From the NCBI GenBank assembly GCA_951406725.2, contig OX597820.1:22072001-22136000 (forward strand): a DNA stretch of 64,000 bases, in the 5' to 3' direction. The DNA is from Octopus vulgaris (lineage: Eukaryota). Positions 13,617 to 27,027 of this stretch are shown piece after piece. The translations under genes and the position numbers were made by a program. Each line of letters begins with the position of its first letter. Position 1 is the stretch's first letter. The notes beneath the pieces are model-generated. The model had not been told where the DNA came from. It searched no databases and saw only the letters and a program-made list of their open reading frames with translations.

Positions 13617-14169
13617 GAGTGAGAGAGCAGTTCATGCCATCAAAGTGACACTGGGGTAAAATATACGAAGCCCAATATACCCATCATGACTACCCGTCTG
13701 ATTAGGGTACACTAGGCACATGCATCACAACCATATGTGCACGACATGGTGATCTCATATCAAGATAAACAGCACATGACCTTGCAGGTGGGGCCCAGTT
13801 AGAATTTTCTTCAGGTCGAGTAGCCCATCCCGCTCAAAAGGTCTCTGAATAAGGGTTGTTTAAGGATGTTGAAAGAACCACCCATGTTTCCAGAGGTGAA
13901 TTATTCAAACCCCAAAGAATCCCTCTCAACACATGGCTATGATGCTCCCCACTACTTCTGCTCGTGATCAGAGATGCACATATCGTCAGCCACTAAGGGA
14001 CATGCTCAACTGGTTAAGGTCAAACAACTGACAAGCAAATCTGTGGTATTGAGCAGAATATTTGCTGTAGCCCATCTTTTATACCAAGACAAAATAATGT
14101 ACATGATGACACTTCCAATCAGTTAAGATCAGAAGCCATGAGAGCCACTGCCTGGTACTGCATCAGGGC

Positions 14170-14171
<2 letters not shown>
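13616..14171 (-). mobile_element. ~550-bp non-coding element in (TTA)n
   Basis: Reverse complement of 12288-12815, flanked by (TTA)n on both sides. Confidence 0.8.
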
Positions 14172-14236
<65 letters not shown>

Positions 14237-14237
14237 T

Positions 14238-14641
14238 ATTGTCTTTGCACAGCTTCTAACGCTGGAGATGAACTACGGTGCCAGCTATTCACTAACAGTG
14301 AACTAAGGGTAACACCTCTTATTTTTCGAGCACCATCCGGAGTATTCGAGCGGTTCCAAGCAGTGCTGTTTTCTGCAACTGCTCCACCCTTATTGCAGCT
14401 CCTATTTGTTCCATGTACATCTCAAGATTTTTACACAGTTCCCAGGGCTCCGACAATTATTGGTACTACTACCACCTTTTTTAGTGACCACAACTGTTTA
14501 ACTTCCCAAGCTAACCTGTTATATCTATCAACTTTTCTTCTTTATTGCATACCTTGTTGTCAGCTAGGCATGCTATATCTACGATCCAGTATTGTCTGCT
14601 TTCTTTCTCAATTAAGACTGTCTAGTTTCCTATTCTCTATC
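14238..14641 (-). mobile_element. R4/Dong-type non-LTR retrotransposon 3' fragment
   Basis: Minus strand VVVVPIIVGALGTV...VEQLQKTALLGTARILRMVLEK* (RLE endonuclease C-terminus), flanked by (TTA)n. Confidence 0.8.
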
Positions 14642-14701
<60 letters not shown>

Positions 14702-14703
<2 letters not shown>

Positions 14704-15335
14704 TTCTTTCAATTTTGTTTCCATTTTTTGCCAAGTGTCTTCCCAACACCTAGGACAAAGAAACTCATTGTATACATCGACAGGCCAGTAAAATAAATAC
14801 GCCAGATGTTGGGGAAATGCAAACTCTTCCCGATATTGTATTGCATCAGTTTCTTTTGTTATGGAGTTTGGTGCAGTCATTAGTGTTTGTATTGTGTGTT
14901 GTGTGTGTAATACGAGTTCTGTTGGGTATCGAGCCTACTGGTGATTGTTAATTTTATTGGATATTTGCTATATAGAGTGTATCATGTGTTTGTGGATTTT
15001 TTGCTTGGGTTATATTACTGAATTGATAGTGTCTTGCGTAGGATGTAAGTTGTGCCTAACAGGGCTCCTTTTGTGTAGTGTTGAGGGTTCAGGTATAGCT
15101 TCTACGTTTTTGTTCATATGCTTCTTTATCGTGCCTAATGCTCCAGTTATTACAGGTATCGTTTTCACCTTCATGCCCCACATCTTGAATACTTCACTTT
15201 TGAGGTCTTTGTACTATGATAATTTCTCTACTTTTTGGTGGGCAATATTTTGGTCAGAAGGGACTGCAATGCCTATCAGTATGCCGGTGGGGTTTTTTTT
15301 TTTTCCAATCCTGGATTATTATAACTGGGCAATTA
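14702..15335 (-). mobile_element. R4/Dong-type 3' fragment with 3' UTR (second family)
   Basis: Minus strand KTIPVITGALGTIK...ALLGTTYILRKTLS. The UTR resembles 19366-19460. Confidence 0.75.
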
Positions 15336-15396
15336 ACAGCCAGAGATGATGTGGTCATATGTCTCATTATACCGGCTGTGCTACTACTACTACTAC

Positions 15397-15430
<34 letters not shown>

Positions 15431-15533
15431 GCTGCTGCTGCTACTACTACTACTACTACTACTAGTAGTAGTAGTAGTAGAATGGGGGCATGCGCTGTAA
15501 CAGCTTACTCACTCACCCGAAATTGCTACTGGT

Positions 15534-15947
15534 CTTACTCTTTTACTCTTTTACTTGTAGCAGTCATTTGACTGTGGCCATGCTGGAGCACCGCCTTTTA
15601 GTCGAGCAAATCGACCCCTAGGACTTATTCTTTGTAAGCCTAGTACTTATTCTATCGGTCTCTTTTGCCGAACCGCTAAGTTACGGGGTCGTAAACACAC
15701 CAGCATCGGTTGTCAGGTGATATTGCGGGGACAAACATAGACACACAAACATACATACATATACATATACATATACATATATACGACGGGCTTCTTTTAG
15801 TTTCCGTCAACCAAATCCACTCACAAGGCTTTGGTCGGGCCGAGGCAATAGCAGAAGACACTTGCCCAAGATTCCACGCAGTGGGACTGAACCCAGAACC
15901 ATGTAGTTGGTAAGCAAGCTACTTACCACACAGCCACTACTACGCCT
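15534..15947 (-). mobile_element. SINE family B
   Basis: Matches 853-1271. Confidence 0.85.
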
Positions 15948-16445
15948 GTCTTGTACAAAAATATTTAAAAAGTAATATTGGCAAAAAAGTGGTAGAACGC
16001 ACTTACTCTTCTGTATATTGCTCATCTCTTTATATATAGGAATATTTCAAATATGACAATGATTAAATATTAAAAAATCTTGATATTCTAATATTCTAAA
16101 CGAAGTCTAAATAACAAAAGACATGGTTATGAATTATTCAATAGCATTGGCATAAGTCCACATCTCAAAGCAATCTTGTTTCGCTCCAAGAATCTCGTTT
16201 TACTTATGCGATCGTCCCACTTAGTTTACCATCCGTATTTAGACATGTTTATTATTAAAATATTTCTGCTTATTTATTCAACCAAGGTTGCGTTCGTTTC
16301 ATGCCAACAAAAATATTTTTTTATTTTTATAAAAACCAGCGATGTAGCCTCTATGTGGCCGTTTGGTCTGTTAGAAAAGCAACCAAATTTCTCTTCGACA
16401 ATATTGTAAAGTTCGAGAGAAAGGAGGCATTATTATCATTATTAT

Positions 16446-16516
<71 letters not shown>

Positions 16517-16576
16517 TGGTGGTGGTGGTGGTGGTGGTGGTGGTGGTGGTGGTGGTGGTGGTGGTGGTAGTAGTAC

Positions 16577-16636
<60 letters not shown>

Positions 16637-16639
16637 GTG

Positions 16640-16972
16640 AAGGCGCATGGCTCAGTGGTTAGAGCGTCGAGCATACGATCGTGAGGTTGTGAGCTCGAAT
16701 CCCGGACCGGGCTGCGTGTTGTGTTCTCGAGCAAGGCACTTTATTTCACGTTGCTCCAGTTCACTCAGCTGTAGAAATGAGTTGCGACGTCACTGGTGCC
16801 AAGCTGTATCGACCTTTGTCTTTCCCTTGGATAACACTGGTGGCGTGGAGAGGGGAGGCTGGTATGCATGGGCGACTGCTGGCCTTCCATAAACAACCTT
16901 GCCCGGACTTGTGTCTAGGAGGGTAACTTTCTAGGTGCAATCCCATGGTCATTCATGACCGAAGGGGGTCTT
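16640..16972 (+). mobile_element. tRNA-derived SINE family D (CORE-like)
   Basis: Head GGCGCATGGCTCAGTGGTTAGAGC..TCGAATCCC, then GAGCAAGGCACTT..GCTCCAGTTCACTCAGCTG. Relatives at 28850-29182, 59828-60075 and 61200-61340 (-). Confidence 0.75.
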
Positions 16973-16991
16973 TTATTATTATTATTATTAT

Positions 16992-17031
<40 letters not shown>

Positions 17032-17042
17032 TGTAGTTGTAG

Positions 17043-17184
17043 TCAGTAGTTTTATTTTTATAGCGTGCTTTCACTTCACTACTGAGCGCAGCTCTGTGTG
17101 CCTTAGGTATGTGCTGTGATTTGTTGTGATGCTCTGATGTTTATTTTATGGAAAGTGTTCTGCGTAGGATGTGTGCAGTGCCTA

Positions 17185-17242
<58 letters not shown>

Positions 17243-17378
17243 TAGTTTTATTTTTATAGCGTGCTTTCACTTTACCGAGCGCAGCTCTGTGTGCCTTAGA
17301 TATGTGCTGTGATTTGTTGTGATGCTCTGATGGTTATTTTATGGATAGTGTTCTGCGTAGGATGTGTGCAGTGCCTAT
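17043..17378 (-). mobile_element. two ~140-bp R4/Dong 3'-terminal stubs separated by (TTA)n
   Basis: Both read IGTAHILRRTLSIK* plus 3' UTR on the minus strand (17043-17185, 17240-17378). Confidence 0.75.
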
Positions 17379-17440
17379 ATTATTATAATTATTATTATTA
17401 GTAGTAGTATTATTATTAGTATTATTATTACTACTACTAC

Positions 17441-17485
<45 letters not shown>

Positions 17486-17487
<2 letters not shown>

Positions 17488-18264
17488 GTTTGACTTTTGC
17501 TTTATATTTGTACAAGTTGGCTCCAAGTCTCACCCAGAGACCTCAAGAGACAACAGGGTTGGAAGTTCATGTTGTTGTTATGCCTAGTGTGCCATATATT
17601 TGGGGGGTGGGGATGTTGTACTAATGAATGTCTAAAAAAAAAAGGGTTTTTTTTTTTTTTTTAAACCGAAAATTATGTTTGTTTTAAACCTTGAGATTAC
17701 ATAGAGAGTATTTTGCGTAGGATATGAGCAGTTCCCATGAGCACTATCTTTTGAACTTCTGCCATTTTTGGGTTTCCTGGTATCTGAGTTAGGTAGCTAT
17801 CAGCCCCTTTTGCTATCATTCCCAGGGCACCTATGACAACAGGTATTGTTTTAGTCTTCAGCTTCCACATTTTGCTGATTTCTATTTCAAGATCTTTATA
17901 TTTGCTCAGTTTTTGGTAGGTCTTGACAGATACGTTTATATCGATTGGGACAGTCCTATCAATGAGGAGGCATGTTCTTTGTTTGAAGTCTTTCAATATG
18001 ATGTCTGGCCTATTTGCATCTATCTTCCTGTCAGTTTGAATGGTGAAGTTCCAGAGGAGTGAGATGTGGTCATTTTCAAGCACTGGGGGTGGTTTGTGTT
18101 CCCACCAGTTTTTTTCATGGGGCAAATCCAGGTTTTTACAGATTACCCAGTGAATATATTGTGCAGCTCTATCGTGCCTGTTGAGATACTCTGTAGACGC
18201 TAGAAGACTGCACTTGGAGACCACATGGTCAATGGTTTCATTTTGTTGCTTGCATACACGACAC

Positions 18265-18266
<2 letters not shown>
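17486..18266 (-). mobile_element. R4/Dong-type fragment: CCHC knuckle + RLE endonuclease + 3' UTR (copy 1)
   Basis: CRVC..ETIDHVVSKC..YLNRHD..RPDI..ID..K..KY..PVVIGALG..GTAHILRK, flanked by (TTA)n. The N-terminal poly-I of the listed ORF is microsatellite. Confidence 0.9.
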
Positions 18267-18323
<57 letters not shown>

Positions 18324-18344
18324 TACTATTATTACTATTATTAA

Positions 18345-18401
<57 letters not shown>

Positions 18402-18446
18402 CATCATCATCATTATTATTACTATTAATTATTATTATTATCATTC

Positions 18447-19225
18447 TATGTTTGACTTTTGCTTTATGTCTGTACAAGTTGGCTCCAAGTCTCACCCAGA
18501 GACCTCAAGGGACAACAGGTTGGAAGTTCTGTGCCATATATTTGGGGTCTTTTTGGGGGGGGTTTTTGGTGTTGTACTAGTGAATGTCTAATACATAAAA
18601 ATAAAATTTAAAAAAAAAAATTAAATTAAAAAAATTTTGTTTTAAACCTTGGGATTACATAGAGAGTATTTTGCGTAGGATATGAGCAGTTCCCATGAGC
18701 ACTATCTTTTGAATTTCTGCCATTTTGGGGTTTCCTGGTATCTGAGTTAGGTAGCAATCAGTCCCTTTCGTTATCATTCCCAGGGCACCTATGACAACAG
18801 GTATTGTTTTAGTCTTCAGCTTCCACATTTTGCTGATTTCTATTTCAAGATCTTTATATTTGCTCAGTTTTTGGTAGATCTTGACAGATACGTTTATATC
18901 GATTGGGACAGTCATATCAATGAGGAGGCATGTTCTTTGTCTGAAGTCTTTCAATATGATGTCTGGCCTATTTGCATCTATCTTCCTGTCAGTTTGAATG
19001 GTGAAGTTCCAGATGAGTGAGATGTGGTCATTTTCAAGCACTGGAGGTGGATTGTGTTCCCACCAGTTTTTTTCATGGGGCAAATCCAGGTTTTTGCAAA
19101 TTACCCAGTGAATATATTGTGCAGCTCTATCATGCCTGTTGAGGTACTCTGTAGGCGCTAGAAGACTGCATTTGGAGACAACATGATCAATGGTTTCATT
19201 TTGTTGTCGGCATACACGACATGTT

Positions 19226-19228
<3 letters not shown>
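18447..19228 (-). mobile_element. R4/Dong-type fragment (copy 2)
   Basis: Same ~190-codon frame as copy 1 (11 aa differences by eye), same UTR, flanked by (TTA)n. Confidence 0.9.
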
Positions 19229-19273
<45 letters not shown>

Positions 19274-19335
19274 TGTTTGACTTTTGTTTTATACTTGTAC
19301 AATACTCTATGGCAAATTATTATTATTATTGTTAC

Positions 19336-19366
<31 letters not shown>

Positions 19367-19721
19367 TTCCCTTCTTCAGTTTTGCTTTCATTCCTTGCCG
19401 GGTGTCTTCCCGACATCTGTGGCAAAGAAACTCACTGTATACATTGATAAGTTATTAAAATAAACACACCGGTTTGGTCATTTACAAAATCAAGTAAGGT
19501 TATGAAGAAATAAATTGCTTACAAGGTCCTTGAATAAGGATTGCTTAAGGATGTTGAACAAAACACCCATGTTTCCAAAGGTGTACCATCAAAACCCCAA
19601 AGAATTCCTCTCAACACATGGCTATGATGCTCCCCCACTACTTCTGATCTCTCCCTCTTCTTTCTCTTTTTTCTTTCTCTCACTCTCTCTCCCCTTCACT
19701 TTATTTCTGTCTATCTATATA

Positions 19722-19950
19722 TCTGTTTCTTTATTACCCACAAGGGGCTAAACACAGAGGAGACAAACAAGGACAGACAAACGGATTAAGTCGATTATAT
19801 CGACCCCAGTGCGTAACTGGTACTTAATTTATCGAACCCGAAAGGATGAAAGGTAAAGTCGACCTCGGCGGAATTTGAACTCAGAACATAACGGCAGACG
19901 AAATACGGCTACGCATTTCGCCTGGCGTGCTAACGTTTCTGCCAGATCGC
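19722..19950 (-). mobile_element. SINE family A, single unit
   Basis: Match to family A. Confidence 0.8.
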
Positions 19951-20338
19951 TGCTCGTCTATCTATATATCTGTCTGTCTGTCTGCCTGTTTACCCACTTC
20001 ACCTTATCTTCTTTTTTCCACCCTTCCCACCACAAATGCACTCAGAAGCACTCATAGATTTAAACATCCTGTGTGCATTTCCTGATTTCACAGCCTTTCT
20101 GGTTCGCTGTCCTTGCTCATATAACAATGTTGTGCAACATGAACCAACAAGAAAACCTCAAAATGATCGCTTGACCGGCTAAAATACAACAATCAAGTTC
20201 TCCCACCAATTCACCCAACCAACACCATCGCCGCCGCCGCTACCATCACCACCAACAACACCATCACCACCAACAACACCATCACCACCACCACTACTAC
20301 CATTATCATCACAAAACGACACGTTTGACAATCGAGTC

Positions 20339-20761
20339 TAATGGTTCTCAACCGGGGTCCATATGGCTCTTGGTGGCGGGGGGGGGGGGATCCATAAAAG
20401 TCTTTGTTAAAATTTATGTGCATTAAATTGCTTGTGGCCGCGTGGTAACAATCTAACCTCCAAATCATATGACTCCGGGTTCAGTCCCATTGCGTGGCAC
20501 CTTGGGCAAGTGTCTTCTACGATAGCGTCGGGCCGACCAAAGCCTTGTGGGTGTATTTGGTAGACGGAAACTGAAAGAAGCCCGTCATATATAAATATAG
20601 GTGCAGGAGTGGCTGTGTGGTAAGTAGCTTGCTTACCAACCACATGGTTCCGGGTTCATTCCCACTGCGTGGCACCTTGGGCAAATATCTTCTACTATAG
20701 CCTCGGGCCGACCAAAGCCTTGTTAATGGATCTGGTAGACGGAAACTGAAAGAAGCCCATC

Positions 20762-20815
<54 letters not shown>

Positions 20816-21141
20816 TTATATGTTTGACAAACGATGCTGGTGTGTTTACGTCCCCGTAACTTAGCGGTTCGGCATAAGAGACCGATAGAATAAGTAATAG
20901 GCTTACAAAGAATAAGTCCTGGGGTCGATTTGCTCGACTAAAAGGCGGTGCTCGAGTATGGCCACAGTCAAATGACTGAAACAAATAAAAGATAAATAAT
21001 AATACACCAGATATTTTAATTTTTGTTAATACAATTCTTAATAATATTTAAGTATAAAAATGCAGTCGAATTTTTTTTAAGTATACATTGAATGGCTACG
21101 GACGAGGATGTCCATAGGCATAAAGTGGTTGAGAACCACTG
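20339..21141. mobile_element. hAT-type MITE interrupted by a family B SINE with duplicated head
   Basis: TIRs TAATGGTTCTCAACC / GGTTGAGAACCACTG; 8-bp TSD ATCGAGTC/ATCTAGTC (7/8 match). SINE B occupies ~20430-20995. Related element at 39096-39324. Confidence 0.75.
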
Positions 21142-22139
21142 ATCTAGTCTTAGACACTGAACGATATCGGATGATCAAGATCGAAATGCTGCTGATCGCA
21201 GATCAGGCAGGGCTAACTTGGGGCTAAACAATAACACCGCGACCATCATTTTACTAATCCAATTTACTCAAATCCAATCAGATGATACGGTTTTCATTCA
21301 GTTGTTTGCCTTATTGAGTTCGCTCTCGAATCTTCAGAAACTATTGAAGTTAGACATTATGGCTTTTTAACACAGTTTTTAATAATCGTAGTGGCACCAC
21401 ACTGAAATATATGGAACAATCTACACGAAATATCCCCCTGCAATTGAATAGAAAAATTTACTTGGTATAACTCTCCATTTACTTCAAATATCCAGAAATG
21501 TTGGTAATATTTCTCTCTTTCATACAAAATCTACAAAGGCGCAGACATGTCTACGTGGTTAAGAATTTTGCTTCGTAGCCAAGCAGTTTTGGGTTCAGTC
21601 CCACTATACAGTAGCTTTGGTGGGTGTCTTTTATTAAGCCCTTAAGGAAGCATGTAAAAGCTGGACAGACATAGTCTTCTTTTAAGGAAATTATCACCAG
21701 CAGAATATGAAAAGTTTTGTAATTACATCTTGCCGAGAAAACCATCCGAAATTTGTTTCGAGGAAACAGTTAAGCTATTATCTAAAATATTCCGTGAAAG
21801 AAGTTCGCTATTTAATATTCGCTGAGAGTGTTTGAATTTGAAATAAATAAAAAAAAGATCCTGTCACGTGTATGTGTTTGGAAATTTTCCTGTACCACTT
21901 GAAGACCAAAATTGTTTCGTTTACGTTACGTCTCCATAACAGAAACAGTTCAGCAACAAAAAAAAAGCGATCAATACAGCCCAGAATTAAAATAATGGAG
22001 TTGATTTGTTCGACGAAAACCCTTGAAGATCGTAACCCAGTATGGCCGCAATTCAATCAGTGAAACAAGTAACAGAATCAAATAACAAACGGAAAAGAAT
22101 AAGTTATATCATTATATCTTTTCTTTTGCTTCTTTCAGA

Positions 22140-22650
<511 letters not shown>

Positions 22651-22984
22651 ATAGCACAAGCTACTTGCAAAGAGACCTCTTAACGGCACAGTTGTGTATA
22701 CACACACACATACGCACACAAAGTAAAATTCAAATAGTTTATTGATTTTTATTTTACCTTACCTTTCGTATTATTTTTCGAAATTTTGCTGACGAACAAG
22801 GTATTTTGAAATTTCGCTTGAAGACAAGCGACATCCGGGTTACATAAAAAACTATATCGATTACACGAAAAACGAAATGAAACACAAGTAACTTAGGTAA
22901 TTTACACATAAAATACAATTTCTTTCAGGTATTGGAAGCTGTGCATGTTCAATTGTGGAAAGTTTCAGTTTATATTCACACACA

Positions 22985-23089
<105 letters not shown>

Positions 23090-23306
23090 GCACACATTTA
23101 TACATATATTTGAAAAAAATGAATAGAGATAGCTTTGGGGAGATAACTTTTATTTTAATCTTAATAATAATGTTTACAGTGAGTTACTCTGATATAAGGT
23201 TCGCGCTTCAAGTAGCCGTTTTCAACCTGAAAAATGTATGTTTTACTGGTTGCTTAAATAAAAAAAGAAAAAAATATATGTATACACAAAAAAGGGAGAA
23301 TATAAA

Positions 23307-23354
<48 letters not shown>

Positions 23355-23378
23355 ATATGTTACATTACTCAATAGTCA

Positions 23379-23441
23379 AGATAAAACTCTGAGTTTCAGA
23401 TGCCGAAGTGGAAATCCACAACACCATCTCTTCGGATATCT
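23379..23441 (-). ncRNA. degenerate hammerhead motif (PLE tail remnant)
   Basis: Minus strand AGATAT-CCGAAGA-GATG...CATC-T-GAAAC-TCAGA-GTT-TTATCT, then a short tail and (TA)n. U4 is replaced by C. Confidence 0.5.
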
Positions 23442-24294
23442 GTCTATCTGAAAAACGGTATCTATATATCTATATAATACAAAAGAAGAACAAGAACAAG
23501 AAGAAGAAGAACAACAACAACAACAAGAGCAGCAGCATCAACAACAAAAGAAATGCACGCATAAACATATATACGCATATACATTTTCATATATACACAT
23601 ACATGCATATTCATATATATATATACACACATATATATATATACACACACATATATATATACACACATATATATATATACATACACGCACACACATATAT
23701 ATACATACACATACATACATAAATACATACATACACACATACATACATGCATACATATATACATGCATACATATCCATATATATATATACGCACATACAT
23801 ACACACATATATACATATATACATGTATATATACAGTAGAGGCAAGACGTTATTACTGTTCACTGATATTTTTTCCTATCATGTCTGTAATAGATTTGTG
23901 ACTATTCGATAGTACAGAAGTATTTTTGACTTCTATTTTTAGCGATGTAGGTGCTCATGTAGTGCCTTTGCGTATATATGTACATATCGTATGTATATAT
24001 TTTATTAATTTGCCTGTACAGCTGATAATTCGCTTGCCACTCGTGATGGTATTTTGATAATACCATTCCTATATTTATATATGTTGGGGCACATGCCCTA
24101 GTGGTTAGAGCAGCGGACTCGCGGTCGAGGGATCACAAGTTCGAATCTCAGACCGGGCGATGTGTGTGTTTATGAGTGAAACACGTAAGCTCCATGTGGC
24201 TCCGGCAGAATGTGATGGCGAACTTCTGCTGACTCTTTCACCACAACTTCCTCTCACTCTTTCCTCCTGCATCTTGCAGCTCACCTGTGACGGA

Positions 24295-24975
24295 TGTCCT
24301 TTTAAAATGTTTTGGATGTGGGAAAATTCGATACAAGAATTCACAATGTTGGGTGATATAAAAATGATCGAATGAAAAAAATTCGAGAAAAACGGTATTG
24401 TCAACACAAATGCAAAGCAAGACAGAAAAAAGAAAATTTGTTGCTATGAAAATAAATAATGTGAATACGAGACTACAGTTGGACACAGCTAGTGACATCG
24501 CAATAATTAACGAGGATACAGGGAAAAAATTGGAAGGCCTACATTGAAAAAAAAACTGCGAAAATGGCGAGAGATATCTCAGGAAAACTATTGCGATTTT
24601 TGGGTGAAATGATTAGTGAGGTAAGATTTTGTGGGAAAACTTTGAAGGCATCAAAAATACGACAAACCTTTCTGGCACAGACTGGATAGAATTGTTTAAT
24701 TTATGGAACCTCCCCATAAATATTTTTTGCAATAATGTAAACGGTTGTAACACCAGTTCAAATAAGGCGTCGGAAGATTTTAAAAAGAAATTGAAAAAGA
24801 TTTTTTCTGATTTTTTTTTTGTTTTGTTTTTCGGAAGAATTTGGTAAATGCACTAAGACAAAAGTAAACTTTTAAGTAAAAGAAAACCCTATACCGGTGC
24901 TTAAACCAAAGCGAGCTGTGCCTTTCGCGAAATTGAATCAAGTCAGCGAGTAATTAGATAGGCTGGAAAAGCGTG
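24295..24975 (+). mobile_element. Ty3/gypsy LTR retrotransposon gag-pol remnant (zinc knuckle, protease, start of RT)
   Basis: KCFGCGK..C; RKFVAMKINNVNTRLQLDTASDIAII; NLSGTDWIELFNL; PKRAVPFA..LDRLEK, with frameshifts and stops. Confidence 0.75.
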
Positions 24976-25065
24976 CGCATTTCTACTGTTGATAACATCA
25001 ATTAGTCAAAAACAGCGGACGAGCTTTACACAGTACCCTACAAGGTTTCTACAGGAATATGATTT

Positions 25066-25104
<39 letters not shown>

Positions 25105-25355
25105 CGCGGGCACATACACAAGTGTGCATGTATATATCTGCGAATCGTTGTGTTTGTGTTTGTCCCCTGACATTGCTTAATTATATCGGTGCTTGTTTGT
25201 CTACGACCCCGTAAGTGAGCGGTTTGGCAAAAGAGATCGATAGGATATGTACTAGGCTTTGAAAAAAATAGTACTAGGTTCAATTTGTGTAACTGAGCCG
25301 TTCAAGAGGGTGTGTACCCTAGCATGGCTGTTGTCCAGTGACTGAAATAAAGAAT

Positions 25356-25930
25356 CTTTTCTACTCTAGGCACAAGGCCCTAAATTTGGGGGGAGAAGGC
25401 CTGTAGAGTATATCGACTCCAGTGCGCAACTGGTACTAAATGTATCGACCCCGAAAGGATGAAAGGCAAAGTCGACGTCGGCGGAATCTGAACTCAGAAT
25501 GTAAGGACGGATGAAATACCTATTTCTTTACTACCCACAAGGGGATAAACACAGAGAGGACAAACAAGGACAGACAAAGGGATTAAGTCGATTTCATCGA
25601 CCCCAGTGCGTAACTGGTACTTATTTAATCGATCCCGAAAAGATGAAAGGCAAAGTCGACCTCGGCAGAATTTGAACTCAGAACGTAGCGGCAGACGAAA
25701 TACCTATTTCTTTACTACTCACAAGGAGATAAACACAGAGAGGACAAACAAGGACAGACAAACGGATTAAGTCGATTATATCGACCCCAGTGCGTAACTG
25801 GTACTTATTTAATCGACCCCGAAAGGATGAAAGGCAAAGTCGACCTCGGCGGAATTTGAACTGAGAACGTAACGGCAGACGGAATACCACTAAGCATGTC
25901 GCCTGGCGCGCTAGCGTTTCTGCGAGCTCT
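25356..25930 (-). mobile_element. SINE family A, three tandem units
   Basis: 184-bp periodicity; the last unit carries the alternative tail. Confidence 0.85.
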
Positions 25931-26126
25931 GCTCAACTTTTTCTGTCATGGTCAATGCGACGATCACACGCTATATACCTTTATTCCAAGCACTGCTGTA
26001 AACAGCAGAAGTGAGCTAGAACGTTAAAACTTTGTGCGCATGCACAACTGAGTTTAATCCCAACCTGTGTCAACCGTGCTTCAGCTTTGTTACTATGGCA
26101 ACAGTCTGGATACTTATTGATCATAC

Positions 26127-26260
<134 letters not shown>

Positions 26261-26443
26261 TATTTACATATATATATATATAAATATATATATAAATATA
26301 TTTACACACACATATATATGTGTATGTATATATGTATATATATATATATATACATACATTTACATATATATATATATTTATATACATATATTTACATATA
26401 TATAAATATACATAACCTATATACATACATATGTATATATATC

Positions 26444-26484
<41 letters not shown>

Positions 26485-27027
26485 TTGAAAGAGCCGTGTG
26501 CTTTAGGTATGTTTTTTTTAACTTCCTTTATTAGGTTTAAACGGACGAATTTGATTAGCTGAAGGCTTTTGACGGGAATTTTACTCGGTAATCGCATAAG
26601 TAACACAATATATTCGGGGTGAGCAACATGATTCATAAACGGAAACTTGATTTATTCAGAGGGAAAAAAAAAAAATTCATTCACAGGATTGTCTTCAGTA
26701 CGTGTCCCCCAAAAAACTAAGTCTTCCTTTTATGTATACTTCCCATCACACCATTTAATTGAATCATCTTAGTCGCATCTGAGAAAGTTTAGATCTATTT
26801 CTGAGAAACCGATGCAATCGTTAGATGAAAACGATACTTTGTTATACACTGAGAGGCAGTTGTTTGAGATAAGTTTACACGTCTCACTCACGATGTCATT
26901 AAATTATATTCTCGTTGAAAGAAAATGCTGTCTGTTGTTTGTTTATTATCTATATTTAGTACTACATCGGACGATATAACGAAGTCACGCGTTTATTGCT
27001 CTAAGGCACCGGATCTTATCGGGATTT

